Below are positions 1-9,340 of a stretch of 64,000 nt of DNA, piece after piece. Made by a program: the position numbers and the translations under genes. Source of the DNA: Eledone cirrhosa (taxonomy: Eukaryota); the NCBI GenBank assembly GCA_964016885.1, contig OZ024747.1, positions 20,646,001 to 20,710,000 of the forward strand, given 5' to 3'. The notes under the pieces are model-generated. The model was not told the origin of the DNA. It did no database searches and saw only the letters and a list, made by a program, of their open reading frames with translations. How positions within the stretch are numbered: position 1 is the stretch's first letter; every line of letters starts with the position of its first letter.

Positions 1-92
1 GTACAATAATCTGAAAGCAGCATGCACTTTCCAAATATATTCTCGTTTCATTTCTATTTTTTCTGCAGATGTTTTAGATGGTTCAGTTCTAG

Positions 93-183
93 TAGTGAAT
101 TGGCAGATTCGTTAGAACGTAAGACTGAGTTCAAATTGAGCTGAGGCTAACTATGCCTTTCATCTCTTCTATGATGATAACAT
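93..183 (+). mobile_element. Old degenerate tRNA-derived SINE fragment
   Basis: gaattggcag...ctgagttcaaat...gaggctaactatgcctttcatc matches the head and body of the SINE family seen intact at 2211 and 60458. Confidence 0.6.
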
Positions 184-500
184 TACACCCCATCCTCTAC
201 ATTGGATTGTTAGAGTCTCAGGACAGATGACATTTGTTCCTGTTATTTGTATTTTGAGTTAATCTGCCGCTGTAGAATACTTCAGTGGTAGACTTAATTT
301 GTCGGCTAGTTTAAAATACCCATGTCGGATCTTGGATTCTTTTAGCGAAGTCATCGCTGTTGCAAAGATGCGTGCGAAGGCTTTTGTTTAAGGATACTTT
401 CCTCCCTTCCTTTCTTTCTCACTTCCACCTGTCCTGTAGGCCTCGATAAAGGTTATGTACATTTCAACCCCCTCTCTGTCAGAATACTAAACTAAATAAT

Positions 501-716
501 TGTTTCTACTTTAGGAATAAGGCCAGCAAATTTTTTAAGGGGAAGGGAAAGTCGATTAAATCGACCCTAGTGCATTACTGGTACTTTATTTTATCGAACC
601 CGTAAGGATGAAAGGCAAAGTTAACCTCGGCGGGATTTGAACTCAGACTGTAAAGGGGCGTAACTCTATGCTGCAAATCATGGCATCCGACCCCCTACCA
701 ATACTGCCAATCCACC
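501..716 (-). mobile_element. tRNA-derived SINE (long variant), near full length, with 15-bp TSD
   Basis: Reverse complement of the family consensus (A box TGGCAGTATTGG, B box GAGTTCAAATCC, CTTTGCCTTTCATCCTTACGGG body). Flanked by actaaactaaataat at 486-500 and 717-731. Confidence 0.9.
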
Positions 717-731
717 ACTAAACTAAATAAT

Positions 732-780
732 TGTTTCTACTATTGGCACAAGGCCAGCAATTAGCCAGTACATTACTGGT
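732..780 (-). mobile_element. 5'-truncated SINE inserted at the same site as its neighbour
   Basis: 3' 49 bp of the SINE (tgtttctactattggcacaaggccagc...), followed by a third copy of actaaactaaataat at 781-795. Confidence 0.85.
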
Positions 781-2210
781 ACTAAACTAAATAATAACAT
801 TCTATCACTTCCTTTAGCCAGTCTGAAACCCTTTTCTTCAGACTACTAATTAAGTTGGCATCAAGTTGCACTTCTTAACTTGAGCTACGTATCAAGCTTT
901 CACAGTCTACTGATATAATCCTATGAAGATTTTTTACTTTGTCATATCTTGTGTTTCCATCTTATACCTATGTGGGATACATCTAACTGAATTCTAGTTT
1001 TGATATGAACAACTATCAGTATTTTGACTGAAATACAAACTTTAAGAAGGATGCCTACTAAGTCTTCTCTAATATATATTTAATATAATGATTTTACGTC
1101 ATTTTGCTTTTTGACTCAAAGGCATTTGATATGAGATATTGAGTCTTATTTCGATGATGGCAATTATAAAGCTTTTGGTTTCTATTTTTCCCATCTTAGT
1201 AGACACACACAGTGTTGCGAGGTTCAAGTGAAGAGTTTGCTTCGAAACCATACAGTTGCGGGTTCATTCCTAATGCAGCGTACATAAAGAAGTTGTCTCA
1301 TCTAGATGCTGTCCACTTAGATAGATTTGCAGCTTGTTTTGCAAAAAAGATCTGGAATATTTTATCAACCCGCAGCTTTTCTTGTCTCACTTCTTTTTCG
1401 ACTTCTATCTACTCAGCTTCTACATTATACTTAACTTTCTAGCTCCATATATTATTGCAAAACTATTTGCTTCAACGATGTGTCGCTCAACTCCTTGATT
1501 TTCAAAAAGTCACTTCTCATTATTTTTTAACAGTCTGTGCTGCTGGACCTATTCTATTCTACTTTCGTATTGCTTTATTTTAGCAGTATTTGCCATCATT
1601 CTTCAGGTCTTCAATTATCACTTTCCTTTCCTTTTCACAATATATTTTCTTTCTAGTGATTTGGTAACCTCTTCTTTACACAGAGCGCATTCTTTTAACG
1701 TATGTTGTTGGCCCACTTCTCTTCTCAAACTCTTTATGCTATTTTCTCTTCGTCTTTTACACCAAAGTATTGATCTGTCCATTCTCTCTGGTAAGCAGCT
1801 GTAGTAGAAGTCTAATACAGCATTGTATAGGTTATTTACCTCCAGTACAGAGTTATTGTTACATATCCAATAACATTGCAAACCTCTTTTGCTTTGATAT
1901 TTAACCTTCTCAGTATCAAATATTCTTACATCGGTATGCTTCTCATTACGGTTTTGTTTCAGTTGATCTTACCCAACCCTTTAATCTCATGCCCCCTTCA
2001 ACTATCCTGTTTCATTCTCTCTGTTATGTTTTCCCTATCTAATTCATCTCCTTCTCTGTGCTGTTTGAATTTTCCTCATTTATTTTTTTTCTACATACAC
2101 ACATTTCAGTTTGGCCTTTACCCTTGTTCGTTTTTGTATATGTTGTTGTCACATGTTCGATATTTTAAATCTCATATAATCAGAAAACATTATTAATATT
2201 ATGTTATAAA

Positions 2211-2395
2211 GGGCGGTGGATTGGCAGTATCGGTAGAGGGTCGGCCGCCATGCTTTCCAGCATAGTTACGTCCCTTTACGATCTGAGTTCAAATCCCGCC
2301 GAGGTTGACTTTGCCTTTCATCCTTACAGGGTCGATAAAATAAAGTACCGGTAATGAACTGGGTAATTGCTGGCCTTGTGCCTAAAGTAGAAACA
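2211..2395 (+). mobile_element. Full-length tRNA-derived SINE (Meta-domain-like body) with 17-bp TSD
   Basis: Pol III A box TGGCAGTATCGG, B box GAGTTCAAATCC, body GACTTTGCCTTTCATCCTTACAGGGTCGATAAAATAAAGTACC. TSD attattaatattatgtt at 2189-2205 and 2396-2412. Confidence 0.9.
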
Positions 2396-2412
2396 ATTAT
2401 TAATATTATGTT

Positions 2413-2478
2413 GTAATCCACCATTGTATTGTCCCTAAAGTCATGAGCCCTTGTGACCAATAAACTAAATTATTATTT
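2413..2478 (+). mobile_element. Short 3'-end relic of a more distant relative of the arrayed LINE
   Basis: cattgtattgtccctaaagtc-atgagcccttgtgaccaataaactaaattattatt aligns by eye with the LINE 3' terminus tgtattgtccttaatgtc...aaacccttgtggttaataaagaaa..attattatt. Confidence 0.6.
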
Positions 2479-2663
2479 TGGCAGTATCGGTAGAGGGTTG
2501 GACAACATGCTTTGACGCATAGAGTTACGGCCCTTGCCATTCGGAGTTCAAATCCCGCCGAGGTTAACTTTGCTTTTCATCCTTACGGGGTCGATAAAAT
2601 AAAGTACCAGTAATGCACTGGGTAATTGCTGGCCTTGTGCCAAAAGTAGAAACAATTATTATT
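2479..2663 (+). mobile_element. tRNA-derived SINE, slightly 5'-truncated, (ATT)n tail
   Basis: Same family as 2211-2395; starts directly after an ATT run. Confidence 0.9.
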
Positions 2664-2703
2664 GTTACAATTATTATTTTTATTGCGCATCATTATTGCT
2701 TTA

Positions 2704-2897
2704 GGTGGATTGGCAGTATCGGTAGAGGGTCGGACGTCATGCTTTCCAGCATAGTTACGTCCCTTTACGATCTGAGTTCAAATCCCGCCGAGGTTGACTT
2801 TGCCTTTCATCCTTACGGGGTCGATAAAATAAAAGTACCAGTAATGCACTGGGTATTTGCTGGCCTAGTGCCTAAAGTAGAAACAATTATTATTATT
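2704..2897 (+). mobile_element. tRNA-derived SINE whose (ATT)4 tail is the entry point of the LINE array
   Basis: Same family; ends ...gtgcctaaagtagaaacaattattattatt, immediately followed by LINE sequence. Confidence 0.9.
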
Positions 2898-3259
2898 GGG
2901 TGAGAGATGCAAGAATGGCCCTAGTGAATGGGCCTACTCTAGATATGTGCCTGTAAATTGGAGGTGGAAAACTGGGAGAGGGCACTTGCCCTGGTGGTCA
3001 GGGTCACCGTGGCTTTTCTAATAGGTTTTCTCCACGATGGCCCTCGGAAGTACCCCCCCCCCCCTATTGGGGAATATTTCATTGTTCTTTTATTGTTACA
3101 TCCTCTGTTTTTTTTTGTTTTATTTACACGCAGAAATGCCCATTTGTACCGTCCTGTATTGTCCTTAATGTCTATTTTATGTAAACCCTTGTGGTTAATA
3201 AAGAAAGTATTATTATTATTGTTATTATTATTTTTCATTGTTATTGTTATTGTTATTGC

Positions 3260-3314
<55 letters not shown>
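2898..3314 (+). mobile_element. 5'-truncated, diverged copy (sister subfamily) of the Tx1-like LINE
   Basis: Encodes (W)VRDARMALVNGPTLDMCL* versus WVREARMARVNGPTLSIYL* in the full copies. Has a homologous 3' UTR, AATAAA and a ~105-bp imperfect (ATT/GTT)n tail (about 3209-3314). Confidence 0.92.
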
Positions 3315-3527
3315 GAATGCCATGGTTGACGGAGGCTCGGCTCTGTAAGGTATAGTAATTTTTAACCGTTAAAACAATTGTAAATTGTTTAAAACTTGAA
3401 CCAAATTGTTGATAAAGACACCCTCCTCCTCGTGAGAGGGGTCTTTCTGTCCGTTATTTGGCCCTTCGGGGTTAAATAACCAGTTATTGGGGTTTTGTAC
3501 CCAAAATTTCATTTTAAACAAAAAAAC

Positions 3528-5624
3528 ATGGCTACCAAAAAGAAATTTCATACGTCACTCCCACTCATTCCGTCTTCTTCTTCCTCAATCATCACTACAG
3601 CAGAGAGAAGATTGTCTCTCTCCCTCCCTTCTTTAAATGTGTCTCTCTCCCTCCCTTCTCTTTCGCAAGTGACGAAAGAAAAGAAAAGTCTCGTGCAAAG
3701 CGTGCAAGGTTTCTCCACGACGACGACGACAGCGACGAAACAGGTGTGCGGGAAATACGAAAACCCAGTTCATTCGTCTGACGTCAGGAATAATAGCAGT
3801 AGCAGCCGTAATAACAACAGCAACAGTGACAATGAAAACAACAGTAGCAGCCGCAACAGCATCACCAGCAGCATAAACAACAACAGCATTAGCAGCAGCA
3901 ACACCAACAACAACCACAGCAACAGCGGCGGAGGCAGTAGTCGTAGTACCTGCAGCAACAACAAAAGTACCAGCAGCTCTGACGACAACAACAACAGCAG
4001 AGAAAAACCAATCTCATTTGCAGGTATTGCGAAAAATTTGGAAACAATCCTCATAACAAATGAGGAATTAGAGGAAGCGAAGAAGATGGTGACAAAGAAC
4101 GGACACCGAGCAATCTGCAAGGCAGCGAAAAATTTTTTCGAAACCCAAGAGCACTGTACGGTCACGTACCGTACAGTAAGTACAAAATCCCGTAGGGTGG
4201 AAAGAGCCACAGAGGCCCAAATACAAAAAGCCTTGGGGTCTGTGTGGCAGCGGAAAACGCACATCACCCGAGGCAAAAAATATGCCACCGTAGACGTACT
4301 TTTTGCCACACCCCAGGAGGCAAAGGCCCAATCAGTAGTGACCCTAAGGAGCGAGGAAATGGTGTTGGTGCCCTCCTACTGTGGGCAAAAAATTGTGAGG
4401 GTCAAACTGACCCACGTCCCCCCCGGAATGACCCCTTCTTGGCTGGCCGCGTCTGTCCTCGTCGGAATCGAGGACAAAACAACTGTACTGCAAGTACAGA
4501 AAAAAGTAAGAGAAGATTGGGTCGGCTCCTCCATTGAGATGCTAATCCAAACCAACCAGGAGTGCATCGAAGCTATCCCGGATGTGATAGACTTCGATAA
4601 CGGCACTCAACTGCCCATAAGTGTTGAGGGCAAACGCCCGAAATGCTTTCGCTGTGGATCGAAGACTCACCTCAGGGCCTTCTGCAACGAGAAGACCCTG
4701 AGAAAGGAGAAAACCCCCCTCCTTCCGAATCCGGCTCCACGGCTACCAGCAACAGGACAAGCGGCAACCAGGAACGATAGGCCCGTGGCACCCATACCCA
4801 CTCCACGGAAATCAAAAACAGCAGCAGCAGTGGAAATACTAACAACAACAACAGCAATACCAAATGCAGCTGCAACAGAGACTCCAGTGCAAACATCACC
4901 AACAACAACAAGTGAAAGAGTGGAGTTGGTACCCCTCCCCGACCTCACAGAATCAGACATGGAGTGTGAGGTGGGAGAGAGATGGCAAAAGGTCGTAAGA
5001 AGGCACAAACGCAGAAGCAGCGCATCGTCGCCTTTGAAAAGTGAGGAAAGAAATGAGAAAAGGGTAAAGTCTACTGCAAAGAGACCCACAGCAGCAACAA
5101 CACCAACACCATCACCACCCACACTAGCGCCACCATCACCACCGGCGACAACCCCACCGCCAACAACACCTTCAACACCACCACCACAAGCACCAACATC
5201 GCAAACACAACAACAAAACACACACACCCAGCAACAACGACAAGAAAATAGCAGAACCACACCCCACCCCCAGAAAAACAAATGCACGGCAATAAATACA
5301 CACAACAAGAAACTAATGACTTACATAATTGAACACACAGACATTTCACAACAGGACTACATAATACCAGCACCAATCAAAACGCCAACTAACATAAGAC
5401 TGCTAAAAATAGCACAGAAACAATACACAAATATTAAAACGAAATTCCCCAACGCAGTTGGTGATTTCAGGGACCTAGGAGGAACCATCAATCGAAGAGT
5501 ATACTCAGACATTCTCTTAGAAGAGCCGACGACCAGCCGAAGGGACGATTCAACGGTCCCTTCACCAGACGATCAAGTGAAAAGGGATGTAAAAACCATC
5601 CCTCCTCTACCAAAAGTACGGTAA
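3528..5624 (+). CDS. LINE ORF1, gag-like nucleic-acid-binding protein (698 aa), copy 1
   Basis: First ATG in frame (aacATGg); the track start at 3495 is a TTG. Contains CCHC knuckle CFRCGSKTHLRAFC, an N/S-rich N-terminal tract, a probable RRM-like middle region, a basic RRHKRR stretch and a P/T/Q-rich tail. Confidence 0.9.
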   Translation: MATKKKFHTSLPLIPSSSSSIITTAERRLSLSLPSLNVSLSLPSLSQVTKEKKSLVQSVQGFSTTTTTATKQVCGKYENPVHSSDVRNNSSSSRNNNSNSDNENNSSSRNSITSSINNNSISSSNTNNNHSNSGGGSSRSTCSNNKSTSSSDDNNNSREKPISFAGIAKNLETILITNEELEEAKKMVTKNGHRAICKAAKNFFETQEHCTVTYRTVSTKSRRVERATEAQIQKALGSVWQRKTHITRGKKYATVDVLFATPQEAKAQSVVTLRSEEMVLVPSYCGQKIVRVKLTHVPPGMTPSWLAASVLVGIEDKTTVLQVQKKVREDWVGSSIEMLIQTNQECIEAIPDVIDFDNGTQLPISVEGKRPKCFRCGSKTHLRAFCNEKTLRKEKTPLLPNPAPRLPATGQAATRNDRPVAPIPTPRKSKTAAAVEILTTTTAIPNAAATETPVQTSPTTTSERVELVPLPDLTESDMECEVGERWQKVVRRHKRRSSASSPLKSEERNEKRVKSTAKRPTAATTPTPSPPTLAPPSPPATTPPPTTPSTPPPQAPTSQTQQQNTHTQQQRQENSRTTPHPQKNKCTAINTHNKKLMTYIIEHTDISQQDYIIPAPIKTPTNIRLLKIAQKQYTNIKTKFPNAVGDFRDLGGTINRRVYSDILLEEPTTSRRDDSTVPSPDDQVKRDVKTIPPLPKVR

Positions 5625-5659
5625 GTGGTCTTTCCCATCTTTTCCACTCTATTTTAAAC

Positions 5660-8600
5660 ATGACCTCACTCAGAATAGGCAGCATAAATGCGCGTGGCTT
5701 GGGGTCGTCATGGAAGCAGGGTCACCTGCTCAACGACCTCAGGTCACTAAACATAGATGTAGTGGCCATCAGCGAGACCAGAATCTCCGAAGCACGGGCC
5801 TTCGCACCGATCTTCGGCGGCTTCGATGTGTACGCATCTCCCAGCCGTCCTGGATCCGGTGGAGGAGTTGCTGTGCTTTTTCGGAGAGGTTTGGATCTCG
5901 CCATACGGGCCATCTTCCTGGACCCAGAGGGTAAGCTGGTGGTGCTGGACGTGACCAGCGGAGACGGGCAAGCTTTCAGGCTAGTGGCCGTCTATGCCCC
6001 GACAGGAGCAGGGCGGCCTGATTTCTTCCGGCGTCTGGAGACCTTTCTTGGAACGTCCCGCTCTTTAGTGTTAGTGGGCGACTGGAACGGGATCTTAGAT
6101 GCACGCTGGGACTGTGTGGGATTAGCGGATAGGGGTGGAGGGTGCAAGAGCCTCACCAACCTGCTCAGGCGTTTTGAACTGTCTGACAGGTACCGATTGG
6201 ATTTCCCGAATGTGCCAATGTGGACTTGGACAAACCGCATAGGGTCATCCAGATCATATCTAGATAGAGTATTTTGTAGGGAAATAGATAGGTCTAGCAT
6301 AGGCTGTCCACAATTCAAGATAGTCAGCTACACGGACCACAAATTCGTGATCTGTGTGCTTGACTTAGATAGGCTTCATAGACGAGGACCCGGCTACTGG
6401 AAGCTAAACGCGTCCTTACCAGCGCGCAAGGCCTACAGAGACCGGATTAGCGAACTAGTTAAGCGGGCGTTGACGGGGGCCATCGTCAACAACAAGTGGT
6501 GGTTTGCTCTGAAAAGAGCGATTAGAATAGAATCGATTAGGTTTAGTAAGGCTTTAGCAATAGAGAAAAATAGAGCAGAGGGAGAACTAGTTAGAAAATT
6601 AGACGAGGCGCTTAGCAAAGGCATTGCGACCGACGTGCTTGCGGCGAAATTGGCCCTTGACCAATTCTTCAATGCAAAGCACGAAGGCTGCGTTGTCAGA
6701 GCTAGGGTGCGTGCTCTCAGAGACGAGGGGACGAAAGCCGTTCAATGGGCCCGAGTGGCGGAGGCGCGTCGTGGCAACAAAGCCACGATCCGGTCTTTGG
6801 TGGACCACGACGGGCGCATGCTACTCGATCCCGGGCAAATGTGTGAAGCTTTTCAGCGACACTTCGCTCAGCTGTTCGGGGGCAGCGGGGGGCCGGGTAG
6901 AGGGATGGACTTTAGTGTCTACCTCGACGGACTGCCGCGGCTCTCGGCCACTGAGGCGAAGTGTTGCGAAAAGCCGATAACAGCCGCTGAAGTAAGGGAG
7001 GCAATGACTGGCTGCACAAGGGGTAAATCGCCTGGTTTGGATGGTCTGCCCTATGAACTTTACGTACAGATGCCAGACTTGTTCGGAGGCCTCTTGGCGG
7101 ACGTCTACTGCAACTGGCAACAGAACGGGAGAATTCCCAGTTCTGTGAGCCGAGGAGCGGTGGCACTGCTGAGAAAGGATCCGAACAAGGGGGATAACAT
7201 AGACAATTTCCGGCCCATAACTCTGCTAAACACAGAGTTTAAGATTTTGGCCAAGGTGCTAGCAAAGAGGTTGGCGCTTGTCGTTGGTGGTCTGGTGGGA
7301 GAGGCGCAGACATGCGCCATTCCCGACAGATCCATCCACGACAACCTCCACCTCATGCGATACATCGTAGAGAGGGTAGCTAGGGAACCTGGCACGGGTG
7401 GGTCCTTGATCAATTTAGATCAGTCGAAAGCTTTCGATAGGGTCGACCATCGTTACCTAGCGGCAGTCCTGAGGGCGGCTGGCTTTGGGCCCGTCTTCAG
7501 AGGCTGGATCGCTGCCATGCACAGCGACATCTGCTCTGTGGTGAGAGTGAACGGTCACCTGTCGGAACCGTTCAACATCATGCGCTCGGTCCGCCAAGGA
7601 TGTCCCCTCTCGTCCCTCTTGTACGTATTGACTCTCGAGCCATTACTGCACAAACTGGAGACGTTGAGGGGAGTCCCGCGCGAACTAGGATGCGGAAGAT
7701 CCGTGTCAGCATATGCGGACGATGTCACCGTAGTGGTGTCGAACGCCAAACACATCGAGGCGATCGGCACTACACTAAGAGAATACGAAGCGGTGACAGG
7801 AGCAATGATCAACCAGGAAAAGTCAGTGGGCCTGCAGCTCGGCACCTGGAGAGGCAGGTCCATGCCGTTCAACAGCGTCGTCGGGCGCTGGACGGACGGA
7901 CCGGTTAAATTGCTAGGGGTCTGGTTCGGTCCGGACCTCCAGACGGACAAAAACTGGGACGAGGTGACGAGCAGGGTGGCTTCTCTCACCCAGAAATGGG
8001 CGGAGAGGAAGCTATCCCTGAAAGGTCGAGCGGAGGTGGCTAACGCGTACATCGCGTCTGTCATCTGCTACCGCCTAACCGTCGTACCTTGTCCTAAGCC
8101 TCGCCTGACTGCGCTGGAGCGTTTGCTCTTTCGCTTTTTGTGGAAGGGACGTGCTCCGATGGTCAGGCGGTCCATCTGTTGTCAACACCCGCTACGTGGA
8201 GGGCTGGGCATGCCGTGGCTGATGATGCGCAGGCACGCGCTCAGGCTACGACATCTCCACCTCTTCCTCGACGGTGATCAGGTGTGGTCGCCGTTTGCTA
8301 GACGCGTTTTTCCCCAGCTCGTTTCCTTGACGGAGCTGCAGTCCTGGGTCAAGCGAAGACCGAGAGGGAGCGCCTGGAGACTGGAATGTCTTCAGGCGCT
8401 CACAGCCCTCGACCAATCGGGCAATGTGATCGGTGGAAACTCCACCTCGGCGTTCTATAGAGGATTAGTGGAGGGGAAGAGCGACGACGTACTTGGGGAA
8501 ACTCTAGGCGTCGACGAAAATCAACTAGCCAATCTCTTCGGAAGAACCTTCGGGCCAGGGCCTATGGACAACTTCCAGAAATCTCTGGCCTGGCAGTGCT

Positions 8601-9079
8601 ACCGAGGAGCCTTGCCAGTTCGGGATAAACTCTACAGGCATGGAGGTGCCGTCAGCCGGGCATGTCCGAGATGCGCGCAGGGCGACGAAACCGTCCTGCA
8701 CGCACTCGTCCAGTGTCCGAAAATTGCTGACTTGTGGGTTTATGTCGAACACCTGCTGTCGCGTTTAGGACGGATCCAGCTATCATCTGAGTCTATCGTG
8801 AGGATTGCCCCGCCCTCCTCCTTTAGCCGGGAAGGGCAGGCAGTTTTTATCTGTCTGGTGGCCATGGCGAAAGAGATAGTATGGTGGACACGTTTGAAAG
8901 GGCTGAAGACGAGCACTTACCTCTTCGGTGATGCTCTGATTGACTTTTTCAAATTTCATTTGAAAAGGAAAATCAGAGTAGAGAAGGAAGTGCTCTCTTC
9001 CCAGCATTTTGTTGAAAGATGGGTGAGAGAAGCAAGAATGGCCCGAGTGAATGGGCCGACTCTGAGTATATATCTGTAA
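5660..9079 (+). CDS. LINE ORF2: APE endonuclease, reverse transcriptase, C-terminal zinc finger (1139 aa), copy 1
   Basis: APE motifs INARGL, SETR, VYAP, GDWN, LDR, TDH; linker GPGYWKLN; RT motifs KSPGLDG, FRPITLLN, LDQSKAFDRV, RQGCPLS, YADD; CPRC..DETVLHALVQC. This motif set is typical of L1/Tx1 elements. Confidence 0.97.
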   Translation: MTSLRIGSINARGLGSSWKQGHLLNDLRSLNIDVVAISETRISEARAFAPIFGGFDVYASPSRPGSGGGVAVLFRRGLDLAIRAIFLDPEGKLVVLDVTSGDGQAFRLVAVYAPTGAGRPDFFRRLETFLGTSRSLVLVGDWNGILDARWDCVGLADRGGGCKSLTNLLRRFELSDRYRLDFPNVPMWTWTNRIGSSRSYLDRVFCREIDRSSIGCPQFKIVSYTDHKFVICVLDLDRLHRRGPGYWKLNASLPARKAYRDRISELVKRALTGAIVNNKWWFALKRAIRIESIRFSKALAIEKNRAEGELVRKLDEALSKGIATDVLAAKLALDQFFNAKHEGCVVRARVRALRDEGTKAVQWARVAEARRGNKATIRSLVDHDGRMLLDPGQMCEAFQRHFAQLFGGSGGPGRGMDFSVYLDGLPRLSATEAKCCEKPITAAEVREAMTGCTRGKSPGLDGLPYELYVQMPDLFGGLLADVYCNWQQNGRIPSSVSRGAVALLRKDPNKGDNIDNFRPITLLNTEFKILAKVLAKRLALVVGGLVGEAQTCAIPDRSIHDNLHLMRYIVERVAREPGTGGSLINLDQSKAFDRVDHRYLAAVLRAAGFGPVFRGWIAAMHSDICSVVRVNGHLSEPFNIMRSVRQGCPLSSLLYVLTLEPLLHKLETLRGVPRELGCGRSVSAYADDVTVVVSNAKHIEAIGTTLREYEAVTGAMINQEKSVGLQLGTWRGRSMPFNSVVGRWTDGPVKLLGVWFGPDLQTDKNWDEVTSRVASLTQKWAERKLSLKGRAEVANAYIASVICYRLTVVPCPKPRLTALERLLFRFLWKGRAPMVRRSICCQHPLRGGLGMPWLMMRRHALRLRHLHLFLDGDQVWSPFARRVFPQLVSLTELQSWVKRRPRGSAWRLECLQALTALDQSGNVIGGNSTSAFYRGLVEGKSDDVLGETLGVDENQLANLFGRTFGPGPMDNFQKSLAWQCYRGALPVRDKLYRHGGAVSRACPRCAQGDETVLHALVQCPKIADLWVYVEHLLSRLGRIQLSSESIVRIAPPSSFSREGQAVFICLVAMAKEIVWWTRLKGLKTSTYLFGDALIDFFKFHLKRKIRVEKEVLSSQHFVERWVREARMARVNGPTLSIYL

Positions 9080-9340
9080 ACTAAAGGTGGAAAACTGGGA
9101 GAGGGCACTTGCCTTGGTGGTCAGGGTCATTGTGGCTTTTTACTGGGCTTTCTCCACAAATGTCCCTCCGAAGTCTCCCCCCTATTGGGGAATTTTTCAT
9201 TGTTATTTTCATTGTTATTTTTGTTACATCCTCTATTTTTGTTTTTTTTACACGCAGAAATGCCCATTTGTACCGTCCTGCATTGTCCTGCACTGTCCTT
9301 AATGTCTACTTTATGTAAACCCTTGTGGTTAATAAAGAAA

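Larger units (their letters stand above)
190..2000 (-). pseudogene. Highly degraded non-LTR retrotransposon remnant, probably R4/Dong clade, interrupted by SINEs
   Basis: Minus-strand fragments SLERKYIVKRKG (ORF 1618-1881), then IIEDLK..MMANTAKIKQYESRIE*VQQHRLL, and near 200-390 TWVF*TSRQIKSTTE...QCRGWG. These resemble, in the expected order, motifs I recall from R4/Dong ORFs (LERKY.VKRKG..V.EELKQR..A...K..RY; W.WL..G.LK.ETE..I.AAQ...CR.CG). Many stops and frameshifts; boundaries approximate. Confidence 0.5.

Noticed and set aside
2211-2300. tRNA genes
   Set aside because: The A and B boxes belong to SINE heads; there is no complete cloverleaf and each continues into the SINE body.
3414-3480. 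HDV-like ribozyme in the LINE 5' UTR, suggested by CCTCCTCGTG resembling the L3 loop of R2/HDV ribozymes
   Set aside because: I could not build the nested double pseudoknot: no P1 partner for the 5' end, no GG for P1.1 and no clear J4/2-P2. The segment folds as a simple hairpin.
3495-3527. ORF1 start given by the ORF track
   Set aside because: It is a TTG; the first ATG in good context (aacATGg) is at 3528.
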